Origin: Parcubacteria group bacterium Gr01-1014_8
Lineage (GTDB): Bacteria > Patescibacteriota > Minisyncoccia > Phycocordibacterales > UBA2100
DNA: 64,000 nt
Direction of reading: 5' to 3'
Assembly: GCA_007376385.1 (NCBI GenBank)
Contig: VMGC01000004.1
Location: 64,001 to 128,000, forward strand
Each line of letters opens with the position of its first letter. The first letter of the stretch is position 1. The notes below the pieces were generated by a model that worked only from the letters and a program-made list of their open reading frames with translations, searched no databases and was not told the origin of the DNA. Below are positions 26,543 through 36,727 of this stretch, in pieces. A program made the position numbers and the translations under genes.

Positions 26543-27604
26543 TTATAGTGCTGATAGCGCCAAAATGACCCCAAGGAACGCAAATACGATGGAGAGTACC
26601 CAGTAACGCATGGCAACCTTATAGCCCGGCCAACCGATGGCTTCAAAGTGATGATGGAGAGGCGCGACGCGGAATATCTTCTTTCCGAGAAAGTATTTCG
26701 AGGTAACTTGGAGCACATTTGACCCCACAGTAATAACAAGAAGCCCTCCTATAATGGGAAGAACGGCGACGCCGACTCCTTCGCCCAAGCTATCTGTCAT
26801 GAATACGACAACAGCGAGCGCGAGTGTGAGCGCCATTGTTCCCGTATCGCTCATATAAAAACGCGCAGGCGGGATGTTGAACCACAAAAATGCGAGAAGT
26901 CCCCCGACCACGGACGCCGTAAATGCTGCGAGGTCTATCTGATTTTGCGCAAAAGCGATGACCGAATACGCCGCAAACACAGACATAAAAACACCGCCCG
27001 AGAGTCCGTCAATGCCATCAATGACCCCCGAGGCAAACAGAGCGAGGGAAAGCAGAACGAAAAAAGGAATAACAAGCCAGCCGATCTCGAGTGGTGAAGA
27101 GAAAGGAATATTTATCGTGTGAACATCAAGTTTTGCAAAAAACCATACGCCTATCATGGTCGACATGATGAGTACGACAACAAGTCGCACATTGAGAGGC
27201 AGCCCATCGCCAGACGGGCGTATGACAAGCACATCGTCGATGAATCCGGCGATACCGCCTATAACGAGCGCCGCGAGAGGTATCCACGTTTGATTTCGAC
27301 TTAAGAAATTGAGACTCGTTGTCACCGAGTCTTGAAAAAGACCTGCGAGACCAGCAAGACCAAGTATGGTAATAACGACGCTCCCCCACACGACGAGCCC
27401 GCCCATGCGCGGCGCTCTCTGTTCGTGGGCTTCGTGAAGCCTATTGAACTCAGATGCGACATTGCCATCAAGACCATTTTTCCCGGGTTTTTTTTTCCAC
27501 ATCCTGTGCTTGTAGAGATAGTGTGTCAGGATAGGTGTAATTGCCATCCCAACAACGAAGGTGGCGGCAGCCGGAACAAGAATGCGTACCGTATCGGACA
27601 ACAT
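26543..27604 (-). CDS. mraY: Phospho-N-acetylmuramoyl-pentapeptide transferase
   Basis: 'RVAPLHHHFE' and a polytopic membrane topology typical of MraY. Confidence 0.85.
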   Translation of the reverse strand: MLSDTVRILVPAAATFVVGMAITPILTHYLYKHRMWKKKPGKNGLDGNVASEFNRLHEAHEQRAPRMGGLVVWGSVVITILGLAGLAGLFQDSVTTSLNFLSRNQTWIPLAALVIGGIAGFIDDVLVIRPSGDGLPLNVRLVVVLIMSTMIGVWFFAKLDVHTINIPFSSPLEIGWLVIPFFVLLSLALFASGVIDGIDGLSGGVFMSVFAAYSVIAFAQNQIDLAAFTASVVGGLLAFLWFNIPPARFYMSDTGTMALTLALAVVVFMTDSLGEGVGVAVLPIIGGLLVITVGSNVLQVTSKYFLGKKIFRVAPLHHHFEAIGWPGYKVAMRYWVLSIVFAFLGVILALSAL

Positions 27605-27624
27605 ATTTTCATTGTACCTCGCTG

Positions 27625-28599
27625 CTACAAGCTTTGCGCGATGGCTTTCGTGGCCCGGTCAACGAGACTGCGCATATCCTTAAATCGACCATCGTAGGAT
27701 GAGCCAAGCACCACAACAACAACGGGGTGACCCGGTCCCACCTCAAACACGACCACAACATTACCGCCTGCCAGATCCGTGTACCCTGTCTTGCCGAGCA
27801 CCAGCCCAGGAATATCCGGCAGAGCGTCATTCGTGTTAATAGTGGCGCTCGGACTGCCATTGAGCGGCCCAAGATCAGCATTCGGGTCGCTTGTCCCGGA
27901 AAATAGGTCCTGATCCACGGCCACAGCATGAGCAAAAAGTGTTGCGACATCTCGTGCTGAACCCATAGCGCCTGGCTGTGTCGTACCGATGTCCAGTCCG
28001 CTTGGATTAGCAAAGTATGTTTTTGCGAGGCCAAGTTCCTGAGCAAGTTTGTTCATCCTCCATACGGCGGTATTAGTATCCGGAGCGTCTGGATATTTTG
28101 CACGAAGCAGCGGCTCAGCGGCCTCCGCCAGGGCCTCTGCGCCCGCGTTCGATGAGCGTATAAGTGTAAAATCCACGAGGTCGCGAACTCTCCAGCTATC
28201 GCCCGTGCCGAGTCCGCCGCCCTCTCCTTTTTCCACTGCGTCTCGCGATATCGTAACCGTATCAAATGGCTGCAAGACTTCGGAAACTACAAGCATGAGG
28301 GGCACTTTCGTCAAAGACGCAAGCGGTAGCTGTGTCTCAGCATTTTTTTCGAAAAGCACGGCACGTTCATGCATGTCGTATACAAGAGCCGCCTTGGCCT
28401 CGAGCGAAACATCGCGAAATAGAGCGTGTGGCATCGCAACAGCTGCAGTTTGGTCAATACGAGTCTCTGAGGATCCAATTGACTGCATACCAACCAATAT
28501 CACAATGGTAGCCGTCAAAAAAAGAGATATGCTGGCAAGCCATTTCTCACGAGCTATTTCCATCGTTTTGCGAATGAGCGTTTTCATTGAAAATTTCAT
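27625..28599 (-). CDS. Serine-type D-Ala-D-Ala carboxypeptidase (PBP5/S11-like)
   Basis: N-terminal TM, 'ASLTKV' (SxxK), 'RSSNAG' (SxN) and 'GKTGYT' (KTG). Confidence 0.7.
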   Translation of the reverse strand: MKFSMKTLIRKTMEIAREKWLASISLFLTATIVILVGMQSIGSSETRIDQTAAVAMPHALFRDVSLEAKAALVYDMHERAVLFEKNAETQLPLASLTKVPLMLVVSEVLQPFDTVTISRDAVEKGEGGGLGTGDSWRVRDLVDFTLIRSSNAGAEALAEAAEPLLRAKYPDAPDTNTAVWRMNKLAQELGLAKTYFANPSGLDIGTTQPGAMGSARDVATLFAHAVAVDQDLFSGTSDPNADLGPLNGSPSATINTNDALPDIPGLVLGKTGYTDLAGGNVVVVFEVGPGHPVVVVVLGSSYDGRFKDMRSLVDRATKAIAQSL

Positions 28600-29122
28600 T
28601 CTTGCTCTTAAAAGCCTTTAGTTCGCGAGCGATTGTATCATAGTCGGGTAATTTTTCCGTGTTTGCTACACCGAGATGGGCAAGAAGCTCGACTGTCGGC
28701 CGATACAGGTATTCTCTGCCGTCCTCGGGATTTCCTGCTCGTTCGGCAAGGCCCCGCGAAAGCAGCGTTCGGAGTGTTGACGAAGAATTCACGCCTCGAA
28801 TGTAATCAATGTCGGCTCGGGTGGACGGACCGTCGTATAAAAGGATCGTCAATACTTCGAGCCCCGCATCGCCTATTTCTCGTTCCTGCTCTTTCAGCTG
28901 GGCAGCAGCTACGGTGTCACGTATGCCGGCAGAAACGGCCAGCGCGACTTCTTTGTCAGTCCTGACGACAGTGAGCGGCGTATTCTTGAGCGTCTGTTCA
29001 AGTACGTTCAATGCACCAAGAAGCTCAGCCTGATCGCAGTCTAAGAATTGTGCCAATTTCTTCAGCGTCAGGGAATCGCCTTCTGCAAACAATAGTGCGT
29101 GAATTTTAGAAGCAAGGTCCAT
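28547..29122 (-). CDS. scpB: Segregation and condensation protein B
   Basis: Winged-helix tandem 'IHALLFAEGDSLTLKKLAQ...LGALNVL'. Start chosen at MDLASK (rc ATG 29120-29122), 4 nt after the scpA stop. It lies directly downstream of scpA. Confidence 0.65.
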   Translation of the reverse strand: MDLASKIHALLFAEGDSLTLKKLAQFLDCDQAELLGALNVLEQTLKNTPLTVVRTDKEVALAVSAGIRDTVAAAQLKEQEREIGDAGLEVLTILLYDGPSTRADIDYIRGVNSSSTLRTLLSRGLAERAGNPEDGREYLYRPTVELLAHLGVANTEKLPDYDTIARELKAFKSKNEIFNENAHSQNDGNSS

Positions 29123-29126
29123 ATGT

Positions 29127-29903
29127 TCAATATTTTGGCGCGCCAAGAGCTTCGGTTTCGAGAAGAATATCACTAAAAAGCTTCTCCTGCGTTGCGCTAA
29201 TGCTGCCGCTGCGTATTAGTTCCAAGACCGCGAGAAAATGGACTATCATTTCGTGCCTTCCGGATGCCTTGGTTAATTCGCTCCACTTTGTGCGGATAGA
29301 GGATGCCAAACGGCGTCGCAGAGTCCCGATGACCTCTTCGAGTTGGAGAATGGGGACGACAGTCGCTTCTGCCAGGCGTTCGGGTTTTGGAAGAGTATTT
29401 ACCAGTCTTTTTGCGGCGCCGAGCAGCATGGCAAGCGTCGTTTCTCCAGGATTGAAGGCCACCGCACGTCCTCCCGTATGCTCCGGCGTAGGCTGTCGTT
29501 TTGCGAATTGCAGAGGCTTTTTCCTCCATATCTGCCGCAATGACTTTGACGACTTTCGTACCAACGCATACGCGGCAAGTCTCCTTTCCAATTCTCCGAT
29601 GCTTTGCGATTCCTCTTCGGACAAATCGACCGACGGAAGCAATGTTCTGGACTTGATAAGCAGCAGAGTGGATGCAATGAGTATGAACTGCGCGGTCTCC
29701 GCGAGAGGCAATTGCGGCAAACTCTCAACGTATGCGAGGTATGCGTCGGTTACTTCCGCAAGAGAAACTTCGGATATCGAAAGCTTTCTCTCTTCTATCA
29801 AGCTAAGAAGAGCATCAAGCGGTCCAGAATATGTATGTGTAGCTACGGCAAAGGCGCTCATGCCCGCCACTCGAAATGGCATCGCAAGAGAGAACATTGC
29901 CAT
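29127..29903 (-). CDS. scpA: Segregation and condensation protein A (kleisin)
   Basis: 'YSGPLDALLSLIEERKLSISEVSLAEVTDAYLAYV' is the ScpA N-terminal signature. It is paired with scpB. Confidence 0.65.
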   Translation of the reverse strand: MAMFSLAMPFRVAGMSAFAVATHTYSGPLDALLSLIEERKLSISEVSLAEVTDAYLAYVESLPQLPLAETAQFILIASTLLLIKSRTLLPSVDLSEEESQSIGELERRLAAYALVRKSSKSLRQIWRKKPLQFAKRQPTPEHTGGRAVAFNPGETTLAMLLGAAKRLVNTLPKPERLAEATVVPILQLEEVIGTLRRRLASSIRTKWSELTKASGRHEMIVHFLAVLELIRSGSISATQEKLFSDILLETEALGAPKY

Positions 29904-29992
29904 TTATTACGTCCTGCTGATAATTGCTCGATCATATATTTGTTCTGTATTTTATATCTGCTAAATTCCAAATGCCATTTCGCATGCTCGGA

Positions 29993-31387
29993 TTACACTT
30001 TCTTCTTTTTTATCTCAATGCCCAGTTCATTCAGCTGTTTGCCCTGAAGCGGCTTAGGTGCGTTCATAACTGCGGTTTGGCCGCCCCTCGTCATCGGGAA
30101 TGCCTGCACCTCGCGAAGATAGCTCTCCCCCGTCAGGTTCATCAGAACGCGTTCAATGCCGATTGCGATGCCTCCGTGCGGCGGGGCGCCATAGGTAAAG
30201 GCTTTCAACATGTGCCCGATGCTATCTTCGATGCGTTCATCGCTGTAGCCCATTGTCTTATACACAGCACGTAATATGCCTGGTCTATGGGCGCGAATAG
30301 AACCCCCAGCGGTCTCGAAGCCGTTACAAACAAGATCATATTGCGCTGTCAAAATGTGTTCGATATTGCGGCCGTGCAACAGGTCATCCGCATGCTCTGG
30401 AAGCGGCGCAGAAAATGGATTGTGAGTGAACGTCCAACCGCCCTCAGGCGTTTTCTCAAAGAACGGGAATTTGTGGACCCACGCATACGCAAGAACCCCG
30501 GTTTTCTTCTCATCGTCTGTTCGAAGGTCGAATTTATCAGCGCCGAATTTTTCCATTGCTTCAGCATAGGTAAATCGCGGAAATGGTTTTTCACGAACTT
30601 TAAACCCGAGCTTTTCCACCGTCTCAGTCATCATGTCCTCCACGATGGCCATCACATCTTCTTGTTCGACGAATGACATCTCTATATCGATCTGCGAGTG
30701 TTCAAAGCCCCGGTCAGCCCGCAGGTCTTCATCGCGGACGGCGCGCGCAATCTGAAAATATCGCTCCATGCCTGCAACCATCAGAAGCTGCTTGTACTGC
30801 TGTGGGGACTGCGGAAGAGCATAAAATGAGCCTGGATGGAGCCGCGATGGAACGACAAAATCCCTCGAACCTTCCGGTGTTGACTCTGTGAGGAGAGGTG
30901 TTTCAATTTCGGTGAATTTCTTTGCAAATAAATACTCTCTGCACGCTCTGACAAATTCGCTCCGCAATCGAATATTCTTTTGCATTCGTTCACTTCGAAG
31001 ATCTAAATAGCGGTACTGCAATCGAGTTTTCTCATCGACCATTGAGGTATCTTCAGTAATTTCAAATGGCGGCACATCGGATGCACCGAGAACATCGAGT
31101 GATCCAACTGATACTTCTATATCGCCGTTCTCTACCCCGACGGTTATATTTTTTCCAGGTCGTTTGTTAACAGTGCCCATGATGGAGATAGCCGACTCGC
31201 GTGTCGTCGTCTTAGCGACTTCAAGAGCAGGACTTTTGGTCAAGACAACGGTTTGGACCGATCCGGTCATGTCTCGCACGTCAAAAAAGACCATTTTACC
31301 TTGGTCTCTCCGTACTGATATCCAGCCGCGTATGCAAACGCTTTCCCCGACATGATCTTTAAGATCTTTAATGTAGGTACGTTCCAT
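29993..31387 (-). CDS. aspS: Aspartyl-tRNA synthetase, short archaeal/non-discriminating-like type without the GAD insertion
   Basis: Anticodon-binding OB 'VCIRGWISVRRDQGKMVFFDVRD' and class-II motifs '...FRDEDLRADR...' and 'GGSIRAHRP'. Start at MERTYIK is about 4 nt after the trpS stop; the coordinate is +/-1. The track ORF has 29 extra N-terminal codons. Confidence 0.85.
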   Translation of the reverse strand: MERTYIKDLKDHVGESVCIRGWISVRRDQGKMVFFDVRDMTGSVQTVVLTKSPALEVAKTTTRESAISIMGTVNKRPGKNITVGVENGDIEVSVGSLDVLGASDVPPFEITEDTSMVDEKTRLQYRYLDLRSERMQKNIRLRSEFVRACREYLFAKKFTEIETPLLTESTPEGSRDFVVPSRLHPGSFYALPQSPQQYKQLLMVAGMERYFQIARAVRDEDLRADRGFEHSQIDIEMSFVEQEDVMAIVEDMMTETVEKLGFKVREKPFPRFTYAEAMEKFGADKFDLRTDDEKKTGVLAYAWVHKFPFFEKTPEGGWTFTHNPFSAPLPEHADDLLHGRNIEHILTAQYDLVCNGFETAGGSIRAHRPGILRAVYKTMGYSDERIEDSIGHMLKAFTYGAPPHGGIAIGIERVLMNLTGESYLREVQAFPMTRGGQTAVMNAPKPLQGKQLNELGIEIKKKKV

Positions 31388-31391
31388 AGTG

Positions 31392-32327
31392 CTAGATCGA
31401 AACTCCAATCTTTTCACGAACGTCATACATCTTCTTGGATGCATATTCTCGCGCGTTCGCGCTCCCCTTTTCAAGTATTGTTGCTACATCTGAATCGCTG
31501 ATCGATGCATATTTCTCTCTCATCGGTTTTACAACGGCATCAATGTCCTCGATAAGCGCCTCTTTCAGGACCTTGTATTTTCCTTTATGTGCGCTATAGA
31601 GCGACTCAAGTTCTGCCTCAGCGCGAAAATGCCGGTGTACTTGGTACACATTCTCAGGTCTTTCTCCGGATGAGTCAGTGACAATGGACATCACCGCTTT
31701 TACGAGAACATCCTTTGGCTCAAAGAGAGGTATCGTATTTCCATAGCTCTTGCTCATTTTCTTGCCATCCGTGCCTGGAACGATAGCGACAGAATCCAAT
31801 ATCTTTGCTTGCGGTTCTTTAAATGTTTGGCCGAACGCAATGTTGAATTTCGACGCCGCTTCACGCGCGTACTCGAGATGCTGCCGCTGGTCAGCGCCCA
31901 CTGGTACAACATCGGTATCGTACAGCAAAATATCTGCGGCCATAAGCATCGGATAGTTAAAAAGTCCCACGTTCGCTTCGAGTCCTTTCGCAAGTTTGTC
32001 CTTGTACGCATGCGACAGTTCGAGGAAAGGAACAGTGACAAGACATTCAAATATCCACGCGAGTTCTGTGTGCTCCTGGACACGCGACTGCTGGAATATG
32101 ACCGCTTTATTGGGGTCAATACCGGCTGCAACGTAACTCTTGACGATATCGCGTATGTTGCTCCGAAGTTCATCCTTCTGGCGCAGAGTAGTAAGCGCGT
32201 GATAATCAGCAACCATCAAAAAGCTTTCGAAGCTGAAATAGAGTTCGGAAAACGGCTTTAATGCGCCCAAGTAATTCCCAATATGCAATACACCAGAAGG
32301 CTGGAGTCCCGTCAAAAGTCGCTGCAC
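31392..32327 (-). CDS. trpS: Tryptophanyl-tRNA synthetase
   Basis: 'LQPSGVLHIGNYLGA' (HIGH-like) and 'KMSKS' present, 311 aa. Confidence 0.85.
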   Translation of the reverse strand: MQRLLTGLQPSGVLHIGNYLGALKPFSELYFSFESFLMVADYHALTTLRQKDELRSNIRDIVKSYVAAGIDPNKAVIFQQSRVQEHTELAWIFECLVTVPFLELSHAYKDKLAKGLEANVGLFNYPMLMAADILLYDTDVVPVGADQRQHLEYAREAASKFNIAFGQTFKEPQAKILDSVAIVPGTDGKKMSKSYGNTIPLFEPKDVLVKAVMSIVTDSSGERPENVYQVHRHFRAEAELESLYSAHKGKYKVLKEALIEDIDAVVKPMREKYASISDSDVATILEKGSANAREYASKKMYDVREKIGVSI

Positions 32328-32370
32328 CCCGCCACTATATCAGAAAACCAAGCCCAAAACACGCACTTTT

Positions 32371-33858
32371 TTACACGCCTGTCGGCAATTCAACGATGAA
32401 CATAGATCCCTTTCCCCTTCCTTCTGATTCAGCCCATATCTTTCCCTTATGCGCGTCAGCGATCTGCTTCGCAATGTAGAGGCCATAGCCAGTGGAATCA
32501 ACATTGACCTTCAGCGAATCTTTGCCCTTCCCCCCTTCTGTGAACAGCATTTTTTTATCATCTGCTGTCAGCCCAACGCCCGTATCTTTCACCATAAATC
32601 GCGCCCAGTTGCGTTTGCGCTCGAGCGACACATGTACCGATCCTTTTGGCGAATATTTTATCGCATTATCAATAAGATTTCTTATCAAGTGTTCAGCGAC
32701 CTTCTTCTTGTCTCCAACAATGTTGCACTCATTTGCGGGAAGTGAGGCTTCTATCCTCACGCTCCTGTCTTCAGCCACTTTTGCCAGCGCCGCTAACTCT
32801 TCGCGAACGGTCGCTGCTAAGTCAAACGTGCCCATAGTGTAGTCAACAGTCCCCTTCTGCATGTCTGAGGCAGAAAGTATCTCCATCACCGTTGCGACAC
32901 CTTTGCGGGTATCTATCAGTTCCGCTCCAGCGGCGGCTCGAAGTGTATCCGTAACGTCTCCGAAATCTCCCTCCAGTATTCCAGCGAATGCCGCCTCGCT
33001 CTTCGTAAGGTATCCCTTAACTTCATGGCTGATGAAATGCAGGAGACTTTCTTGTTGCTTGTTCGCCGCTTCGAGAGCGAGTGAGAGTTTCGCAAGCATC
33101 ACTGCGCGCCGGTCCCAGATAAATATCAGGGTGATGGACAAAATTGCTATGATGAGAGTAAGTACACCGATGAAAATCAGGAACGGATAGAGTGTCTGTC
33201 TTGTGACTGTGAAAAAGTCACCAGCTTTTATGTCCGTTGCCAGGATTGCGACCACCCTCCCCTCTGAATCAGTAATAGGAGCATAGCCGGTCAGTACTTG
33301 TCCGTATGAATCTTCATATAGCTCCGCAGCTGTAAGCGGTCCGTTATACGCTTCGTATGCTTCCGGGATATCGACTGCCTCGGGATAATCCTGACCGGGC
33401 CACTGAAGTTTATCCGCGCCATCCGCTTCCACCAGACCGTCACCGTTCGCGTCAACATCGTTACGTGGATTGTCATCAGTATTCGCGTACGGATTTATGG
33501 ACTCTGCGTCGGCCACGAATTCCATCTGCAACGGGTCAGAGCTTTTCTTGCGGAAAATGTACATGAACACGATGCTCTCGTTCTGATCCTTGGCTTTTTT
33601 AAGATCCGATACCACTTCCCTCCATTCTGGCTTTACCCAATCCTCCTCGATCTGTAATTCCTGGAGCGCTTTGGCATCTATGTTGGCGGCCTGCGTGATC
33701 GAGATAGAAAGCAATCTTTCGCGTAGATTTTCCGTCAGCAAACTGATGGTTTGCGTATACAGGATCCACGCTGCTCCTACGGCGAGTCCAACAGCCACAG
33801 CTGCAACGACGCCGCCTCCTACTACAAGCGCACGCAATTTTGTAGTTCTCGATTCCAT
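32371..33858 (-). CDS. Sensor histidine kinase (two TM helices flanking a periplasmic sensor; HisKA and HATPase_c domains)
   Basis: H-box 'HFISHEVKGYLT', N-box 'LIRNLIDNAIKYS' and G-boxes 'DTGVGLTADD...GYGLYIAK'. No response regulator is adjacent. Confidence 0.7.
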   Translation of the reverse strand: MESRTTKLRALVVGGGVVAAVAVGLAVGAAWILYTQTISLLTENLRERLLSISITQAANIDAKALQELQIEEDWVKPEWREVVSDLKKAKDQNESIVFMYIFRKKSSDPLQMEFVADAESINPYANTDDNPRNDVDANGDGLVEADGADKLQWPGQDYPEAVDIPEAYEAYNGPLTAAELYEDSYGQVLTGYAPITDSEGRVVAILATDIKAGDFFTVTRQTLYPFLIFIGVLTLIIAILSITLIFIWDRRAVMLAKLSLALEAANKQQESLLHFISHEVKGYLTKSEAAFAGILEGDFGDVTDTLRAAAGAELIDTRKGVATVMEILSASDMQKGTVDYTMGTFDLAATVREELAALAKVAEDRSVRIEASLPANECNIVGDKKKVAEHLIRNLIDNAIKYSPKGSVHVSLERKRNWARFMVKDTGVGLTADDKKMLFTEGGKGKDSLKVNVDSTGYGLYIAKQIADAHKGKIWAESEGRGKGSMFIVELPTGV

Positions 33859-33866
33859 ATAGCGTC

Positions 33867-35732
33867 TTACACGTCCAATAATGGTAGCATGACTTCCGCC
33901 TCGGTTTCCCGCAGGAATTGTGCGAGTCGCGGACCATGATCTTTCGCGAACAGCAATTGGTACACGTGTTGGAAGAATCGCAATTGAGCGGCGCGGTTCC
34001 GGCGTTCGGTTTGACCACTCTTGTTGGGGAGAGCGTACAGTGCAAAGGAGAATTCCTCAAGACTTTTTGAACCCTTGCGCTTCAGGAGAGTTCGCAATTT
34101 TCTAAGCAGGATCATGTCGCGCGACTCAAGTTTGGCAGCATGCTCGACGTTCGGTTTATCCAGCAAATGGTATGTATGCTTATCATCAATTCTGATGTAT
34201 CGTCGGCCTTTTGGCCGCGCAATTGTCCGCACGTCTATATAAGAAATTTCCGCAGACGAAACGACCGATTGCCCTTGAATTTCCTGATTCATTAATCGCA
34301 AAAGCTTCGGAACATTTTTCTCCTTCACCTGCCTGAACTCATGCAATTTTGCTCTGAGCTTTTCCCCCTGCTTCTTTTCTAGAAGTGGCTTGGCAACGTG
34401 TTCATAGATATCCCGCTGGGGCAAAGTCGGTTTGCATACGATCTTGCCATGGATGGAGAGGCTTGATGCCCCGCTTCCGTAACCTCCGTAGGGCTGCGTG
34501 CCGCGTTCTATTCCGCGTGCGTGCAGATGAGTGTTGTGCAGTATCGTCCCTGCATCATGTATTTTTTTTCCGCTTATTACTTTTCCGACAAGCCCCGAAA
34601 CGTAGGCACTCGTACCATAGACGGTCACATACATGGCATTATGGGCGTAACGTGGATCCTCAAAATATAGTGCGAGTTCGCGATCACCCCGATATTTCTG
34701 CAAATAGATAATAGGTGCAAATATCTCATTGAAATTACCTCCCTCGTTTAGCGGCTTGTTGACTATGGTCGGCTGCAAGATGGCATCGCGCGTGGTTACA
34801 GTGCCCGGCGTTTGCGGATCTATCCATTTCAGATTATGCGTGAGTAGGTCTTCTATCCGGACCAGATCTCTCGGGTCGCTGATAGGTCCCACGCGATTCG
34901 TACGATCGCGGTAGTGCCCTACGTCCACCTCTCGAAGCTTCTCCCGTAACGCACCCAAAAAAACCTCAAAAATATCCTTGTGCACAAGAATAGTGTTTGG
35001 AGCTGCGCAGTCCTGTCCTTGATTGTACAGTTGCAGAGTGAGCACGGCATCGAGTGCCGCGGGAAGGTCGGCGTCCTTGCTGATGACTACCGGATTATGT
35101 CCCGCTCCGTTGGTGATGAACAGCGTACGGTTGTCGAATATGATGCGCAACTGATCAGCGTGCGCTGGCGTGCCTGTAAAAATAACGGCATCGGTTACGG
35201 GAAGACTCTCTCCGGTTGAAGGATCAACGCGGAGTGCAGAGTGCTCTGTAAGAAAATCCAAACGGCCCTGATGGGAGACAGCGATGTTGGGGAAAAGGGT
35301 CCGTATGTCGAGAAGTTCGAGGAGTTTAGGAAAGAATTGGCGCATGCTATGCGGAATACGGAAATGCACCTTATGTGCCATGAACGAAGGAATGATAACA
35401 AAGCACGTAAACGCGTACAGAGGCTGATTTCTAGGTAGAAATGACGCCACTTCATTCACGCGTAGCTGAAAGTATTTTTTGTTCTCCCGGAGATTTCGCA
35501 GAATGTCGAGCGTGCGGAACGTCTCATCCTGAACGACTTCGTAACTCTCGTACTCAAGCAATATGTTGGTCAGTTCTTCAAATTGGCCTTCTATCTTATC
35601 CGCGAGCAATTTCGCACGATGCGCTATCTCGTCAAAAGAAAGAATTGAATACGGCGCAAAGTCCGCCGCAGGAACGGCCTTCATCGGCATGGCAGGCTCT
35701 CGAACAGAGACGATCGTCGTGTCGCCTTTCAT
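33867..35732 (-). CDS. Aldehyde-dehydrogenase-superfamily (acyl-CoA reductase/LuxC-like) protein with a unique ~180-aa C-terminal extension
   Basis: 'NGAGHNPVV...LYNQGQDCAAPNTILVH' matches the ALDH catalytic-Cys motif (GQxC). The C-terminal 180 aa have no recognisable motif. Confidence 0.45.
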   Translation of the reverse strand: MKGDTTIVSVREPAMPMKAVPAADFAPYSILSFDEIAHRAKLLADKIEGQFEELTNILLEYESYEVVQDETFRTLDILRNLRENKKYFQLRVNEVASFLPRNQPLYAFTCFVIIPSFMAHKVHFRIPHSMRQFFPKLLELLDIRTLFPNIAVSHQGRLDFLTEHSALRVDPSTGESLPVTDAVIFTGTPAHADQLRIIFDNRTLFITNGAGHNPVVISKDADLPAALDAVLTLQLYNQGQDCAAPNTILVHKDIFEVFLGALREKLREVDVGHYRDRTNRVGPISDPRDLVRIEDLLTHNLKWIDPQTPGTVTTRDAILQPTIVNKPLNEGGNFNEIFAPIIYLQKYRGDRELALYFEDPRYAHNAMYVTVYGTSAYVSGLVGKVISGKKIHDAGTILHNTHLHARGIERGTQPYGGYGSGASSLSIHGKIVCKPTLPQRDIYEHVAKPLLEKKQGEKLRAKLHEFRQVKEKNVPKLLRLMNQEIQGQSVVSSAEISYIDVRTIARPKGRRYIRIDDKHTYHLLDKPNVEHAAKLESRDMILLRKLRTLLKRKGSKSLEEFSFALYALPNKSGQTERRNRAAQLRFFQHVYQLLFAKDHGPRLAQFLRETEAEVMLPLLDV

Positions 35733-35747
35733 TGTAGTGTCACGATA

Positions 35748-36083
35748 TTATGAAAATTGTAGAAAAACGATACCGGAAAGCACTAATGCCAGTCCGAAAT
35801 ATTGAAAAACGGATATCTTGCTCCATTCTTGGAATAGAAACAAACCCATAATGATAGTGCAGACGGTAAGCAAGGCATCTATCGTACCCGAGCCTATGGC
35901 GACGCCAAGTCTCGAGGTAACGAGTCCGAACGTAATAAAAACGAACGGCGAGACGGCAATGACAGCCAGCAACAGCAGGGAAAACTTATCATCTTTGCTT
36001 GCCCACGTAGCCCCCAAATAGTTCCCAAGAAGCGCAACCGCCACGGCCAATACAACAAAAAGCCATGCCCCAAGTCTTTCCAT
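35748..36083 (-). CDS. SMR-family small multidrug-resistance-type 4-TM protein
   Basis: 111 aa with four hydrophobic helices and a conserved acidic residue in TM1. Confidence 0.5.
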   Translation of the reverse strand: MERLGAWLFVVLAVAVALLGNYLGATWASKDDKFSLLLLAVIAVSPFVFITFGLVTSRLGVAIGSGTIDALLTVCTIIMGLFLFQEWSKISVFQYFGLALVLSGIVFLQFS

Positions 36084-36150
36084 ATATTGCTCATCACACT
36101 AGCACATAAACCCCTATTGGGAAGAGTTCGCTGTTTAGAAACGCAGGGTG

Positions 36151-36645
36151 CTACACGTTCCGTTCAAACGCCAAGGCTGCGAAAGAGCCGATGATCCACC
36201 AAAAGCGATATGCTTCACCGAAGATCGTTTGTATTTGTCCATTGAAGTTCCATACAGACGAAAGCGCTGGTACCTGAAGCCAAGTGACGATCAGCAAAAT
36301 AGCCACGGCCACCCCGGCAAAAATAGCCTGTATGGGCTGCCCACCCATCTCACTGTAATCAATCGTTAGACGGCGTACAAAAATGAACATCAAGACCAGA
36401 ATGAGGCCGAATTGAAGCGCCTGAAGGACAGGCGTTGAAAACGTCCTCGACAGTGAGCCGAGGAATGCAGCGTTCGTGAGCGACGTAGACGCGAGGAGCG
36501 CAAGAAGCATACCGATGCCGAGCGAGGATATACGCCCGACCCCGACGCGTATGGCGTCAATGGTGAGCAGTAGCGCAACCGCCCCTAAAATTATCCAGTC
36601 CGCCGGTACCGTTGAAACATAGCTGGTGACTGAGCCTATATCCAT
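36151..36645 (-). CDS. Hypothetical polytopic membrane protein
   Basis: 164 aa with 4-5 hydrophobic segments. It fills an otherwise empty interval. Confidence 0.35.
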   Translation of the reverse strand: MDIGSVTSYVSTVPADWIILGAVALLLTIDAIRVGVGRISSLGIGMLLALLASTSLTNAAFLGSLSRTFSTPVLQALQFGLILVLMFIFVRRLTIDYSEMGGQPIQAIFAGVAVAILLIVTWLQVPALSSVWNFNGQIQTIFGEAYRFWWIIGSFAALAFERNV

Positions 36646-36727
36646 AACTTCTTAGACGCATTCTCAGTCTACCACTGAACAACTTCCGATTTATATGCTG
36701 CTGTTGAAAAACTTGTCAACCAGTATG

